Source: Eledone cirrhosa (lineage: Eukaryota). From it: 64,000 bases of DNA. Position numbers and translations under genes: made by a program. Shown here in pieces: positions 13,800 through 27,907 of the stretch. Numbering within the stretch: the first letter of the stretch is position 1; every line of letters begins with the position of its first letter. The notes below the pieces were generated by a model, which saw nothing but the letters and a program-made list of their open reading frames with translations, searched no databases and was not told the origin of the DNA. Location: NCBI GenBank assembly GCA_964016885.1, contig OZ024740.1:271436001-271500000 (forward strand), given 5' to 3'.

Positions 13800-14090
13800 G
13801 CATGGTCGGGTCGTTGGTGACTAAACCGACAACCCCACAAAACTTGCTTGGTGAGGAGGAGGATTTGGGACACTTTGTGGGATGAAAAACAAAACCCACC
13901 AAAGGGCAGAGTAACTCAAGAGAGTCAACGGTCATCCAATAAAGTTTTGCTTTTTTTTTTTTTGCTTTTTCTTTTTTGAGCGATAGACTCCTAGTCTTTA
14001 TTAAGACATCTCTCTAGGACAAGGTCACTCTGATATAAAACCTGCGACTTCGTTTTCATCCAATGATGTAGACCAGTTCTTTCTTTTGGG
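13800..14090 (+). mobile_element. Interspersed repeat, probably a LINE (RTE-like) 5' UTR
   Basis: Homologous to 60464-60725; ACTCTGATATAA(A)ACC motif. Confidence 0.5.
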
Positions 14091-14954
14091 GCAAATGCAT
14101 TCAATGTTCAGAGAGTGCGATTGGCCCCATGAAAAGCCTTTCCTCACTTAAAAAAAGCTTCAAACACAGGCATCGCTTGATATGTGATTTTTTTTGTGAT
14201 GCATGGTATTGCTGGCCATAGTCAAGTCCCTAGCAGGACTTAAAAGCGACATCCATGATGCTCATGTTTAAGTCTCAAGCGATGGCATTACTCGAAATCG
14301 AGCAGCAGCTATCATCATGTATGTTCACACTTCAGCATATACACAGACATTTTTCTCCTGTACTTATCTCTCTTTTCTGACCTTTCTCAAAGTAAAGGCA
14401 ATTTTAAGCCTCGTTCACGTCATTTTCCAGCGTGTCTGCCATTTAACACACTTTTATTGGTTTATTGGGGTGTTCTTCTGTCTTTAATCTCTGTTAGCTC
14501 CTCAAACAAAACCCTGTTCTCTTTTCATGTTTTCCTTTCAGGTGAAGGACCAGCATTCGAAACGTTAAAAATAATAAATTTATTGTTATTCTTTATTTGT
14601 AAGTGTTATGCTAATACACGGCCATTGTAATTTGTTGTTGTTCGTGGAATCTAATTACCCTATATATATGTGTGTGTGTGTGTGTGTGTGCGTGGACATG
14701 CATGTGTGCACACATTCACACACACATACACTTCCCCCAACAACACTCCTAAACCTCCCCCCACACACACACATGCATAGTAATATGAAGCCAACTGCAC
14801 CCCTCTTCCCGACCCCCATTCCCCCACCCACCACTGTTCCCCCCTCCTCCCCTTCTCGTTATTATTTTTTATTTGCTTTCTAATTTTATTTATTTAAAAC
14901 AAACTTTTGTATTTTTATTCTTTATTTTCTTTGCACGTTTCCTTTGTGTTTTTC

Positions 14955-14982
14955 CTAATGAAGGGCAAATACCCGATACGTT
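14955..14982 (+). ncRNA. Decayed PLE-type hammerhead
   Basis: CTAATGA-A-GGG-CAAATA-CCC-GATA-CGTT, two substitutions from CTGATGA..GAAACGTT. Confidence 0.45.
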
Positions 14983-15695
14983 GACTATGTAACTCACTCT
15001 TCTTCCTCCAAGCGTGAAACTAATACAAGTACGTGTTATTACGTCCCTCTATTTGTTCGTTTTTTTGTTTCTTTTATATATATATATATAGAGAGAGAGA
15101 GAGATATAGAGAGAGGGGGGGAGAATATCGTAAACAAAGTCAAAGACAGGTAGATTCCCAATAAAATAATCTAAAACAAGAAAACTTCTCTAGCATATTT
15201 CCTTAGAGGTGGACCTAAAAGTATGATTCCCCGTGTTCCCTTACGGTAGTTTCGATAACCAAGAAACAACATTGACCATTTCAAAAGGTTAAGACAATCC
15301 AAACTACAAGACGATTCTTTCATCAGGAGGATCTTTTTAATGTATAAGAAAATAAAAAAACTAATACAAACGTGTTAGTATATATCCACTAGTCTGATGA
15401 GCTATCGATTCCAGAGTCGGGTGCGATACTACCAATTGTACCATGAGCTGACCGGTCGTAAAACACGCGTCACGTATGAATAAACATAATGATGTTATAT
15501 TGATATTTCGTTCCTGCTCCTTATTATTAATATTATTACTAACACTTTGCTTCTTAAGGATACCAATTACAGGGAAATACGACATCGGCAACCGGATGCA
15601 AATTAGTATTGACTGCTCAAACTGGTGAAAACCAATAAGTAACTAAACGTTACCCACCAATACACTATATATATATATATCTGTGTCTTGTGATA

Positions 15696-15803
<108 letters not shown>

Positions 15804-15861
15804 ATCAATCTATCCATCAAAATTCGACACATACATACATACATACATACATACATACATA

Positions 15862-16120
15862 CATGGTGGCTGCCAACTCGTTTTCGAGTACGGCCACTAC
15901 GTTATATCCATGTAGGAGAACCCCTATCGATGCGCTGAACGAGTGTGACTTTTTAGTCCAGCCAGCTACTTGAAAACTCTGGTACAAACACTACACTTGT
16001 GACAATTATTGACACATAGTGCTGGGCCCATGGTACCATGTGACGACAAGTGCAGAGAGATCTCCAGATATAAAGCAATGCCTGTGCCGTGAAGCTTTTA
16101 TAGTGAGCAAAGGCACTGCA
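15862..16120 (+). mobile_element. Interspersed repeat within (TACA)n
   Basis: Highly similar inverted copy at about 60762-61022. Confidence 0.75.
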
Positions 16121-16223
16121 CATACATACATACATACATACATACATACATACATACATACATACATACATACATACATACATACATACATACATACATA
16201 CATACATACATACATACATACAT

Positions 16224-16650
16224 CTGCAGAACTGATGAGAAATATGGAGATATTCCACCCTGATTATACCTTCAGATTTATGCCTGTGATTATTGGGGCA
16301 CTGGGATATGTTAGTAACTGCCTCAATACAAATCTTGAGAAGCTAGGCTTCACAGGAACAGAAAGAACACAACTAGTTAGGAAATTACAAGTACAATCCA
16401 TTAATGGAACAGTAAAAATATGTAAAACATTCCAAACAGTTTGCATCTAATAATTGCATATACACATGTACAGACACTAAGCATATACACATGCACACAT
16501 ACAACTCAAAACATACACATCCACACATACAATAACATCCATATCTACAGATGCATGCATGCAGACATGCATACATATCTACCTAGTTGATGTTGTGTAA
16601 ATTCCAATAAGAGAGTATTGTATCTATGTTAGAAACCGACTCTCTCTATT
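16224..16650 (+). mobile_element. 3' fragment of an RLE-type non-LTR retrotransposon
   Basis: PVIIGALGYV...LEKLGF...LQVQSINGTVKICKTF C-terminal motif, adjacent to (TACA)n. Confidence 0.75.
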
Positions 16651-17379
16651 TCTCTGTTTCTCTCTATTTCTCTGTTTTTTCTAGGCTTTTCTCCGAAAAA
16701 TCTATGTTTATGAAAATTCCTATATCTTAAATTAAAAAATCCTTTATTGTTTGTATGTATATATATCTGTGTGTGCGTATGTATATATATGAATATATTC
16801 TTTTAATAATATATAGATTTTTTAATAATATATAGTCTTAATAATATATAGATTTCTTAATAATATATAGATCTCAATTTTTTAATGTATAGATCTCAAT
16901 AATCTAATTGATAAACTAAACATTTAATCATATTTAAACAATGGTTAAATTCTCCTATTATTATTTATGTATTTTCCATTCACGCTTATTTAAACTTCTC
17001 TACTCATCCATTAAATATTTATTCTTTCACTTCATCTCATAAGTTAAGCTAATACAACAACATATCACTTAGAGCTTTCGCTTTCTCTTTTCTCTTTTCT
17101 TTTCTTCTCTTTCTCCTTTTCTTATTTTTCTTATTTTCCTCTTAGAGTTTGCTCTTTTTTCTCTTTTTTCTCTTTTTTCTATCTCTCTTTTTTTCTCTCT
17201 CTTTCTTTCTCCATAACCCAACGGCTTATTTAAATCTACTCTGATTTTAAAATATCCGAAACTAATTTACATAATAGTACAAATAAATTTATAACCCCAC
17301 TATCCGGGAGCTTCCAACAGAAATGGTCGCATTCTTTAAGGGTATGTCAATATTTATTTATAAAACTGCTCTATATTAT

Positions 17380-17442
17380 ATTTTATCTGATGAAAGCACA
17401 CCAGAATTTAACTTGGTGTCTTTGAAATATGTATAATGAAAT
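17380..17442 (+). ncRNA. Minimal type I hammerhead ribozyme (family C)
   Basis: ATTTTAT-CTGATGA-AAG..ACACCA..TGGTGT-CTTT-GAAA-TATGTA-TA-ATGAAAT; paralog at 56582. Confidence 0.7.
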
Positions 17443-17807
17443 AAATATGGTTTTATAAATATAGTTTCCATTTGTTAATATATCGTATATATATATATAT
17501 TTTTTTTTTTTTTGTCTACTTTTAAAGAGAGAGGCTGAGCCAATGATCTGAACGCAATGAGATCAACGCTATCAGTGTTCAATTGAAATTGTTTCAGTTC
17601 CACTTCCAAAGTGTTCCATAGGGTTTACATTTAAAGGGGAAAGGCGTAGTGGTTATTGCGGGGCCAGGGGCTGGACACAATACAGGTGATGAGAGGAGAG
17701 ACGATTGCTGTGGAATGCCTGGATGAAGGTTGCACGAGATCAGAAGCCAGGGTGTGCTTTACGAAGGTCGGATAAAATATTCATAGGCTGAATGGTTCAT
17801 AGGCTGA

Positions 17808-17813
17808 AACAGC

Positions 17814-17847
<34 letters not shown>

Positions 17848-18470
17848 GCAGCAGCAATAACAACAACAACAGCGACAACAACAACAACAGCAATAACAAC
17901 AACAACACCAGCAATAACAACAACAACAGCAATAACAACAACAACAACAACAGCAATAACAACAACAACACCAGCAATAACAACAACAACAGCAATAACA
18001 ACAACAACAGCAACAACAACAACAACAGCAATAACAACAACAACACCAGCAATAACAACAACAACAACAACAACAACAGCAACAACAACAACAGCAATAA
18101 CAACAACAACAGCAATAACAACAACAACAGCAGCAATAACAACAACAACAGCAACAACAACAACAGCAGCAATAACAACAACAACACCAGCAATAACAAC
18201 AACAACAGCAACAACAACAACACCAGCAATAACAATAACAACAACAACAGCAATAACAACAACAACAGCAACAACAACAACAACAGCAATAACAACAACA
18301 ACAGCAACAACAACAACAACACCAGCAATAACAATAACAACAACAACAGCAATAACAACAACAACAGCAACAACAACAACAACACCAACAATAACAATAA
18401 CAACAGCAATAACAACAACAACAGCAACAACAACAACAACAACAGCAATAACAACAACAACAACAGCAAT

Positions 18471-18516
<46 letters not shown>

Positions 18517-18791
18517 GCAACAACAACAACAACAGCAGCAATAACAACAACAACAGCAACAACAACAACAGCAGTAATAACAACAACAACACCAGCAATA
18601 ACAACAACAGCAACAACAACAACACCAGCAATAACAATAACAACAACAACAGCAATAACAACAACAACAGCAACAACAACAACAGCAATAACAACAACAA
18701 CAGCAACAACAACAACAACACCAGCAATAACAATAACAACAACAACAGCAACAACAACAACAACAGCAATAACAACAACAACACCAGCAAT

Positions 18792-18822
<31 letters not shown>

Positions 18823-18851
18823 GCAGCAATAACAACAACAACACCAGCAAT

Positions 18852-18882
<31 letters not shown>

Positions 18883-19073
18883 GCAATAACAACAACAACA
18901 GCAGCAATAACAACAACAACAGCAGCAATAACAACAACAACAGCAACAACAACACCAGCAATAACAACAGCAGCAATAACAACAACAACACCAGCAATAA
19001 CAACAACAACAGCAACAACAACAACACCAGCAATAACAATAACAACAACAACAGCAATAACAACAACAACAGC

Positions 19074-19107
<34 letters not shown>

Positions 19108-19135
19108 GCAGCAATAACAACAACAACAGCAACAG
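17808..19135. repeat. Compound (AAC/AGC/AAT/ACC) trinucleotide array
   Basis: Directly visible; explains the poly-L and poly-V ORFs. Confidence 0.95.
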
Positions 19136-19250
19136 TGAATACAACGTTCAAATCACAAAAGTAGACAAGTTTACTCTTATGACAGTCCGAATGATAATAT
19201 AGTTAAACTGTCATCGCCTCCATCTCTCTCGCCCTCCCCATCTCTCTGTA

Positions 19251-19470
19251 TTATGAGCAAATGGGGTCCCACGTTCTGGCCTCCCCACAGCCCCGGTGGA
19301 CAGAATGGAGAAGGCGTTTCCCTGGAAGATGGTAAGGGAGTTGTGCTGAAAGAGTCATTCCATCACGGGAGGGCTCACACCTGCGTCTGGCCAGCTCAGT
19401 GCCTATGGTGGTGAGTAAGGAGGTAGCCCTAGGGCCAAGGGCACCAGAGGTCTCCACTGTTAAGGGCACG
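19251..19470 (-). mobile_element. CRE-like non-LTR retrotransposon 3' fragment (end of the RLE domain)
   Basis: PLTVETSGALGPRA...SLTIFQGNAFSIL; partial inverted copy at about 19795-19855. Confidence 0.7.
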
Positions 19471-19859
19471 GCCGCAAAAGGAGAGAAATATATTGTAAAT
19501 AGAACAGTGAATGTGCAACCCCTTTTTTTTCCAAACCAAAGCGAGGGTTTCTAAGATGTCGCTTCATCTTCTAGAAACTACAGTCAAATATCCTTCTAAT
19601 TGTTCTACTGCCTTTAAGAATTTTGAAGTATAATTAATCTTAGGTATACTGCCAGAATAAAAGATAAGATGGTCACTGTTGGAATGTTTCTGATCCCAAA
19701 TCTGCTTAATCAAGGCATTTCCTCTCCCTTTCTCTTCTGAATAGAATTAGCGCCGATATGGTCAATTGGATAAACTCGTAGCAGTGTAGACTTCTGGTGT
19801 CCTTGGCCCTAGGGCCACCTCCCTACTCACCACCATCGGCACAGAGTTGGCTACCCACA

Positions 19860-21366
19860 GGGAAACTTGTCAACTCAAACCCAGTTGAATTAGATGCTGA
19901 AACAATCATAAAGGATCTTGAGCACGAACAAACTTATAAATACTTAGGGATTAATGAAGGTTCTGGCATTCAGCATGCAAATATGAAAGAGAGGATAAAG
20001 AAGGGATGTTTCAAGAGAGTACGTGCAGTTCTGAGATCAGAACTAAATACTCACAACAAGATGTTAGTCATAAATTCCTTGGCAATTCCAGTTGTCACTT
20101 ATATCTTCGGTATATTGAACTGGAATATTGGTGAAATTAAAAGAATCGACCCCAACATTCGTAAGTTACTGACTTGTAATAGGATGCACCACCCGAAGGC
20201 AGATGTGGATCATCTTTACCTTCCTAGAACTCAAGGAGGTTGTATCCTGATCCAATTTGAACTTACCTACTAGATCACCACTATTGGACTAGCCAAATAC
20301 CTTGAAACAACAAACGACTGTATGCTGAAACTCGTTGAAAAACATGAGAGAAGTAAGAGGCGTTATTCTATCTTGAAGGAGAGTAAAACATATGCTACTG
20401 ATCTCATGTTTGATTCCCAGGTTGGACAGACTAAGAGAACTGTTGCAACTGATGCTGCTAAGCATATAAAATTAATGGCAAAAGCAAAAGGGCAAGAGCA
20501 ATTGACATAAAAGTGGGAGCAGAAACCTCTGCATGTTAAATATGTGGCCTGTAGCAAACAAGCTGATGTTGACCAGAAGCACACCCATCAGTGGCTATGT
20601 AGTTCAGGGCTAAAAGCAGAGTGAAGGATTCATCATAGCTGTCCAAGATCTAAGTTTACTGACACAGAATTACCAGGTCAATGTGATGAGAAATGGAGTA
20701 AATCCAGAGTGCAGATTCTGCAATGATGAGGTTAAAACAGTGGACCACTTAATTTCTGGGTGCAAAGTTTTAGCACCAGTAAGGTACAAATCTAGACATG
20801 ACAGAGTTGGCCAATATCTACACTGGGTAATATGTCAGCATTATAAAATCAAAACTGCTGACAAATGGTACAATTATCACCCTGTGGCTGTAACTGAAGG
20901 AGAAAAAGTAACGATTCTTTGTGACTTTCCTGTACATAATAGACCAGATATCATTGTAAAATACCAACATAGTAAGGTATGTTTATTGATATGAACATCC
21001 CATGTAATCACAATATCGCGGTAAAAGAATTTGACAAGCTAGGAAAATATAAAGATCTGCTTATTGAAATTGAAAAAATGTGGCCCCTCAAAGCCGTTAC
21101 AATACCAATGATTGTAGGAGCACTGAGAATGATCAAGAAAGGAACATAACAGTATTTGAGAATGATCCCTGGTTTACCTTCTCTGCAAGAGGTGCAATAA
21201 ACTGGTACTGCACAGGTATTGATAAGAGCACTATCTCTCTGAAAATTATAATCAATTTGGCTTACCAATGTATACAGTGAGTTTATTTGCCCTTCGTTTC
21301 AGGAAAACCCTCAGCATATATCAGAAATAATACTGAAGGAAAAATAATGATAATAATAATAATAAT
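19860..21366 (+). mobile_element. R4/Dong-type LINE, 5'-truncated and decayed
   Basis: YKYLGI, AIPVVTY, HPKADVDHLYLPRTQGG, CRFC..HLISGC zinc knuckle, RHD, NRPDII RLE, IVGAL; ends in (TAA)n. Confidence 0.9.
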
Positions 21367-21369
21367 TTG

Positions 21370-22910
21370 AACTAAAAAATGTACCACGGCAACTCTGAAG
21401 AGAGAAACTAGAAAATATCTACAATATCACGCTAGATAAAGAAACTGGGATAAGAGAATATCAAACAGACATTTAAATACTTAGTAATTAATGAACTAAA
21501 CAGGTTTCAACACGCACAGATGAAAAATAAATTAGAATGGAATATTATAGACGGATTAGATTACTATTTAAGACAGAACTAAATGAAGAAGGTAATAGCT
21601 ATCAATACTTTAAAGATTCTGAACTGGACACTAAAAGAACTAGCAGGGACTGGACAGAAAAACAAGAAAAATAATGACTACATTTAGAGTACACTGCACA
21701 AAATCAGATGTAGAAAGATTATACATTCCATGAACACAGAGGAAGAGACCTTATGTAACTAGAAAACAAATGAAGGATAATGGAAAGTTATAACCAATAG
21801 CCATGGAAAATGAAAAAATTTCAGAAATGCCTCGCTTGGCAGTGCTGCCGGAGGACACTGCCAGTTCGAGATAAACCCTACAGGCACGGAAGTGCTATCA
21901 GACTGACCAGCCTGAGATGTGCACAGAGCTACGAAACCGTTCTGCACGCACTCACGGAAGCCAACAAATTCAAAACAGAAACTAAATTGGCAAATAATTA
22001 TACGGAAAACACAGAAGAAACAAAAACAGAAAAGATAAAATCCAAATAAAACAGATTTCCAGAATGATGTACTAAAACGGTGGCAAGAAAAAAAAATTTG
22101 ACTAATATCCGAAAAAAAACTGAATAGGGAGGAAAGGGACAAAACTGGTTAAGAAACGCTAGACAAAAAGCTGAAACTGGAGGATATCTAATTGCAGTAC
22201 AAGATCAAAGCCTCCCCACCAGAAACCACCAGAAATACAAAATGAAGCAGAACACAGTGAGTGCAAAATATATGTTGATGGGGAAGAAACAATAAACCAT
22301 ATTGCCTCTAGCTGCCCAGTTTTAGCCAAAATGGAATATATCGACAAACATGATAAAGTCTGGATTTACATACACTGGAATGTATCTCAACACTACGAAA
22401 TTCCAACAGGAAAAAAGGTGGTACAGACACACTAGAAATGGTGTGTGAGAATGATAAAGCAACCATACTCTGCAATGTGCCAATACACACAGACAGGGAG
22501 ACAAAAGCCTATCGATCGATATTATAGTTAAAGACCGTAAAGAAAATATGTTTTCTCATTGATATGTTTTCTCACCAACAGACGACAATATATCTATTAA
22601 GGAAATGGAGAAATTATCCAAATATAACGATCTTGAAATAGAAATAGCCCGAATGTGGATGGTGAAAATAGAAACAATCCCTATAATAATAGGTGCTCTT
22701 GGGAATGGTAAAAACCACACAAACACAGATAAACAAAACCCCCAGAACTGACAGAAAATAACATAGCACTACCAGACACTGCACACATATTACGAAGAGT
22801 ACTCTCTGAACAATAAAAATAACAACACCAAAAAGAACACTGCACATACCCAAGTCACACACAGCTGTGCTCGGTAATTCAGTGGCGGCATGCAATAAAA
22901 ATAAGACTAA
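21370..22910 (+). mobile_element. Second R4/Dong-type LINE fragment
   Basis: FKYL, KSDVERLYIP, ETINHIASSCPVLA..Y..KHDKV..YIHW, KYNDLEIEI, PIIIGALG across frameshifts. Confidence 0.85.
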
Positions 22911-22911
22911 T

Positions 22912-23385
22912 GATATACCAGTGATTGTAGGAGCACTAGGAATGATAAAAAAAAAACGGTCAATTATTTTAGAATAATCCCCAGCTTACTTTTTATGTAA
23001 GTACAAAAAGATCTTTTAACTGGTATGGCACACACATTTAGAAGAGCATTGTCGCTGTGAGAATGATAATCATTTACGTAATTAGTTTTACATAATTTAT
23101 TATATTTCATAATTATGTAATTTGTAAATAATAGAGCACTCTTGTTTGATTGATTTATCATTCTGTTGTAAATATGATGTTAAACAGACAATGTACACAT
23201 GTATAAAGCAAATTGTATATTTACTTGTAACTGTGTACAGTGCGTGACTTGAACAATCTAGTGTGTTTATTTTTGTGGCTTACCAAAGTATGTAGTTCGG
23301 TTTCTCTTCCCTAGATCTCCAGAAGACACTCGGCATGAAGTGGAAACAAAACTGAAGGAAGAGGAAAAAGACAAATAATGATAAT
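22912..23385 (+). mobile_element. Third R4/Dong 3' end plus 3' UTR
   Basis: IPVIVGALGMI..TGMAHTLRRALSL; UTR resembles 21240-21350. Confidence 0.75.
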
Positions 23386-23567
23386 ATTGTTTCTACTTTG
23401 AGCACAAGGCCAGCAATTACCCCAGTAATTACACCAGCATTACTGGTGCTTTATTTTATCAACGCCGTAAGGATGAAAGGCAAAGTTAACCTAGGCGGGA
23501 TTTGAATGTTGAGTGCCATAACTCTATACTACAAAGCATGGTGTCTGACGCTCAACCGATACTGCCA
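23385..23567 (-). mobile_element. SINE family 1
   Basis: Same consensus as the other copies. Confidence 0.85.
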
Positions 23568-23569
23568 TA

Positions 23570-23870
23570 ATCAGGAAACTGTGGAGAATCAGACACGTAG
23601 AAGTGGTACCGATTGTGATTGACGCACTGGGAGCAGTTAGTAGAAAATTGGATGCATGGCTTGAGAAGCTACAAATTACCACCAGGGCAGGATTGTTGCA
23701 GAAAACAGCCTTGCTGGGAACAGCAAGAATTCTAAACAGGGTGTTGGAAAGTTGAAGGAGAAGGAATGACTCAAATGATATTTAGCCATTGGCTATAGCT
23801 CGCTCTTTTGGTATAGTGTTGGTATAACATCGGCCAGAACAAAAGCAAGGAATCTTTACCAGAACAACAA
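23570..23870 (+). mobile_element. R4-clade LINE 3' end (different family)
   Basis: KLWRIRHVEVVPIVIDALG...LLQKTALLGTARILNRVLES*. Confidence 0.85.
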
Positions 23871-23874
23871 CATC

Positions 23875-25110
23875 CTTAAAACATCCGCAAATGTGGTGAA
23901 AAAATTGCTCGGTATCAAGACGAGGGAAAAATAGATGATAGAAGACAGAACATTGGTGAAAGAAGCAGCTAAATGATCAGATCAAGGGAATAAGAATGGA
24001 TGTCGGGAAACTTGAGTCTCTATTAAATGGGTCACAGCAAAATGTAGATACTAAGGATAGATTGACAAAGGCATACAACTGAGGGGAAAAGGTTAAATGT
24101 TGTAATAGAAGAACTAAAACAACGCATCATAGTGAAAAGTGCAAAAATCATAGGTATGAGAACAGAGTTAACCAGTATAGGCAAAATCGCATGGTCGACA
24201 ACAACCGAAAGATGTTGTTTGGACAGCTAGAAGAGAGAGGAAGAGGAAATAACGCTATCCCCGAGGCTGAACAGACCAACATATTTTGGAGAGGGATTTG
24301 GGAGCAGGGTGTTGAACATAATAGTCAGGCAGAATAGATTGCAGTTGTTGAAAAGAAGTTTAATGTGCAAGCACACCAACAGCCTGATTTGAGGATCTTG
24401 GTCAAAACTCTTAAAAAACAGGCCAATAAATTAACCAACTGCAGATCACTAGGTCCTGGTGGTGTGCAGGGATACTAGGTTAAAAAGATAACGTCTCTCC
24501 ATCCGATACTGGTAGCCATGCCCAATGACTGCTTGGTGTCGGGTGAAGTACCACAGTGGTTGACAAAAGTTACCACGGTTCTGATAATGAACGATCAAGC
24601 TAAGGGAAACGACTTTACCAACTATAGGCCTATCACGTCTGTACTTGATGTGGAAATTGCTAACAAGCATTATGTCTGAGGAAATCTACAGCCAACTCGA
24701 CATAAACAAAGGATGCCGAAAGAGGTCCCATACAAAGGACCAGTTGCAGGACAAGATGATAATAAGGAACTGCAAGAGGAGACACTGACATTGCCATGGG
24801 GTTCGACATGGTTCCTCATTCTTGGATAACCAAGTGACTAGATATATTCAAGGTGGCCGACAACATCAGACTGCTATACAGAAATAGCATGAAGAAATGG
24901 GAGGGAGAGTTAATATATGGGAGAGAATCTTTGGGAAGAGTGAAAATCAAGAGAGGTATCTTCCAAGGAGATAGTCTGTTGCCTTTATTGTTTGTCCTTA
25001 CCCTCATACCACTGTCCTTCGTATTGCGAAGAGTGAAGGCTGGATAACAACTGGGAAAAGGAGAACTTACCATCAATCACCTCCTTTTTATGAATGACCT
25101 AAAACTCTTC
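23875..25110 (+). pseudogene. R4-clade reverse transcriptase fragment
   Basis: FWRGIW, NYRPIT, FDMVPHSWI, RGIFQGDSLLPLLF, NHLLFMNDLKLF (RT motifs, YMDD degenerate). Confidence 0.88.
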
Positions 25111-25489
25111 GTATATCTTCATGTAATCTAAGGTAAGTAAAAAAGTAAAACAACAGTAGAAACTAATAAAGGACTCCTTAACTTTAACATTGCAGGGATC
25201 ACTCGACCACTGGAAATAACATGTAATCTCCCTTATATCAAACTCTTCTCGTTGTAGAAAAGACAGACATATTGGATAATGTCGTCTTGTGAGCACTGAG
25301 TTCGAGAATAAGAATGGAATACTTTTCATCATAGGGCGGCTCGACGAAACTAAGCCGAGCCTAAACAAGAAGGGGATGTCTGTCTGCATGGTCTCTCGAT
25401 CTACTATATAGGGTAACAAAATATCCCTCAAATTTCACCGTACTGTCTCAAAGAAATATGACGAACATCTATACATCCGTTGCTGGTGC

Positions 25490-26035
25490 TATAAGGAAGT
25501 TCTTCCGCTAGCTGATCTTGTCTAGCATTTCTGTCTAAAGTTCTTTTGGCTCCGACCCGGTGTAATTTTCAAAAACATCCTTCAGTTTGATGGTTGCTCT
25601 CCCAACTCATCTACGTACAGAATAGAACTTTGCCAGCAGGTTCATTGTGACATTTCGCATGTTCGGCTAATGTCAGCCTCTTACGCCTCAAGAAATCAGA
25701 AAGATGAGGATGTGAACCGTAGAGTGATTAATTTGCTACGTGTGTTTGCCAGGAGATGCTCTGGGCCTTTCTCGGCATTTCGTGAATGTTCCATTAATAT
25801 CTCTTTGTGGGTGTTTTTGTTGATATCCATGACTCACATCCATAGAGGAGAATGGACTCCACTATTACTAAAGTTCAAAGGCTGACCAAGATACTCTCAT
25901 GGAATGATCAAATGAGGCTGGTTTTTCAACATAGTCTCTGGAAAGAAACAATACAATTATTAATAAAAAGAGTTGAAATTAATGCATGCAAGATTTCACA
26001 GCTCTATCATTACTTCTTCATAGTCAGCCTATGAA
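25490..26035 (-). mobile_element. RTE-clade LINE 3' fragment
   Basis: Minus-strand VESILLYGCESW..RKAQSISWQ motif of the RTE C-terminus. Confidence 0.7.
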
Positions 26036-26739
26036 CGTTTCAGCCTACTCTCGTATATAGTCCCTAATGTAGAAAACAGGAAGAATGGTCACGTTTGAAA
26101 CAGCTTTGATCATAGATCTGCTCGATCAGACTTACATAGGGCTAAACAAAAACAATAACAACTTGTTACAGTTTGGTTATCGTTGTTGTTGTAATCTTCC
26201 TCGTTGACTCACTTTAGTGCTTCTTAATGCCAATGACGACGACAAGGTTTTACAGTTAGGTTGTTGTTAGTTAGTCTCGAGGCAACTCTGACCAAAATGA
26301 CCAAGATGACCTATGATGAAAATACATTCCAGCCGTGACCAGCCTGTCTTTTATATTTTTCTCATTTTTCTGATACAGGACAGCAAAATGTGATTCGGGG
26401 GAGTTTTGGTGGCCATTTGCAGCATGTCGAGATACTACATAGAGCCTCTTTGCTTGACTGTGAGATGACAAAATAAAAACTGCCGATGATACGATATACT
26501 TCGTCTGATTCGCCAGCTTTCCTATTAACTTGAACCAAAGTCGAAAAAGAACCAGCTACAACACTGAGAGACTCTGCAAGGGGAACCTTTGTATTTATAG
26601 GTTTATAAAATAAATTTCTGATTTTTTTTTCGCCTCATTTAATATTAAAAATATGATATATATAACTCTATTTGTATTTTTTACTGGTTTCACTCTTCTG
26701 AGTTCAGCCATTTGCATCTATTAGAATATACACACACAC

Positions 26740-26772
<33 letters not shown>

Positions 26773-26775
26773 TAT

Positions 26776-26812
<37 letters not shown>

Positions 26813-26954
26813 TAAATACAAACATACATACACACCCACACACATGCATATATATGTGTATATATAGATATGTGTACATGTGTGAAGTGTAGTGTAGTGT
26901 GTATAATATTAATAATGTATTTATAAATATATATATGTGTGTGTGTGTGCGCGA

Positions 26955-27117
<163 letters not shown>

Positions 27118-27124
27118 CGTGCGC

Positions 27125-27243
<119 letters not shown>

Positions 27244-27289
27244 CGTGTGTGTGTGTTATGTGCATGTATTATTATCATATATATGTATA

Positions 27290-27360
<71 letters not shown>

Positions 27361-27367
<7 letters not shown>

Positions 27368-27840
27368 TAAAAAGGAAAAGAAAATGCTGACAAATTTGTC
27401 CCAATGAAAAATAGTTTAATTAGGAATAAGTATAAATTAGTAATAAGTATTAATTAGTATTCAGTTTTAGTTTTAAGTTTTTACCGGTTGCGCATTTCTT
27501 ATGCTTTTCAAAAATAATTTTGAGATAGAGTGCTCGTGATTTTTGCTCTAATCTGATCAGTTTTGGAAATTCTTCCTGTTTTATGTGAAAAAAGTGGCTT
27601 GGGAGGCATTAAGATTTGGTTGGTTGTTGAATGTCACGTGAATAAGCACTATAAATTTCGCGCCAATTCGTGTAGTCAAAACAATTTTGATTGGTCGGTA
27701 GAAGTCACGTGAATGTTTAAATTGATTTTAGCGCGAGCTGGTTTCGCGCCAAATGTAGGTTTGTCGAAGAGTGTCCTTTTCCGCTTGATTGGGTTGCAAT
27801 CATGTTGAGAGGTCAAGAGTTCAGGTGTCTATTAAGACAA

Positions 27841-27907
<67 letters not shown>

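Noticed and set aside
15865-15950. HDV-like ribozyme at the repeat 5' end (GGTGGCT/GGCCACT P1-like helix)
   Set aside because: I could not fit P3/L3, P1.1 and J4/2; it may be a simple hairpin
17759-19151. 461-aa poly-Leu and 456-aa poly-Val ORFs
   Set aside because: Antisense reading of a trinucleotide array
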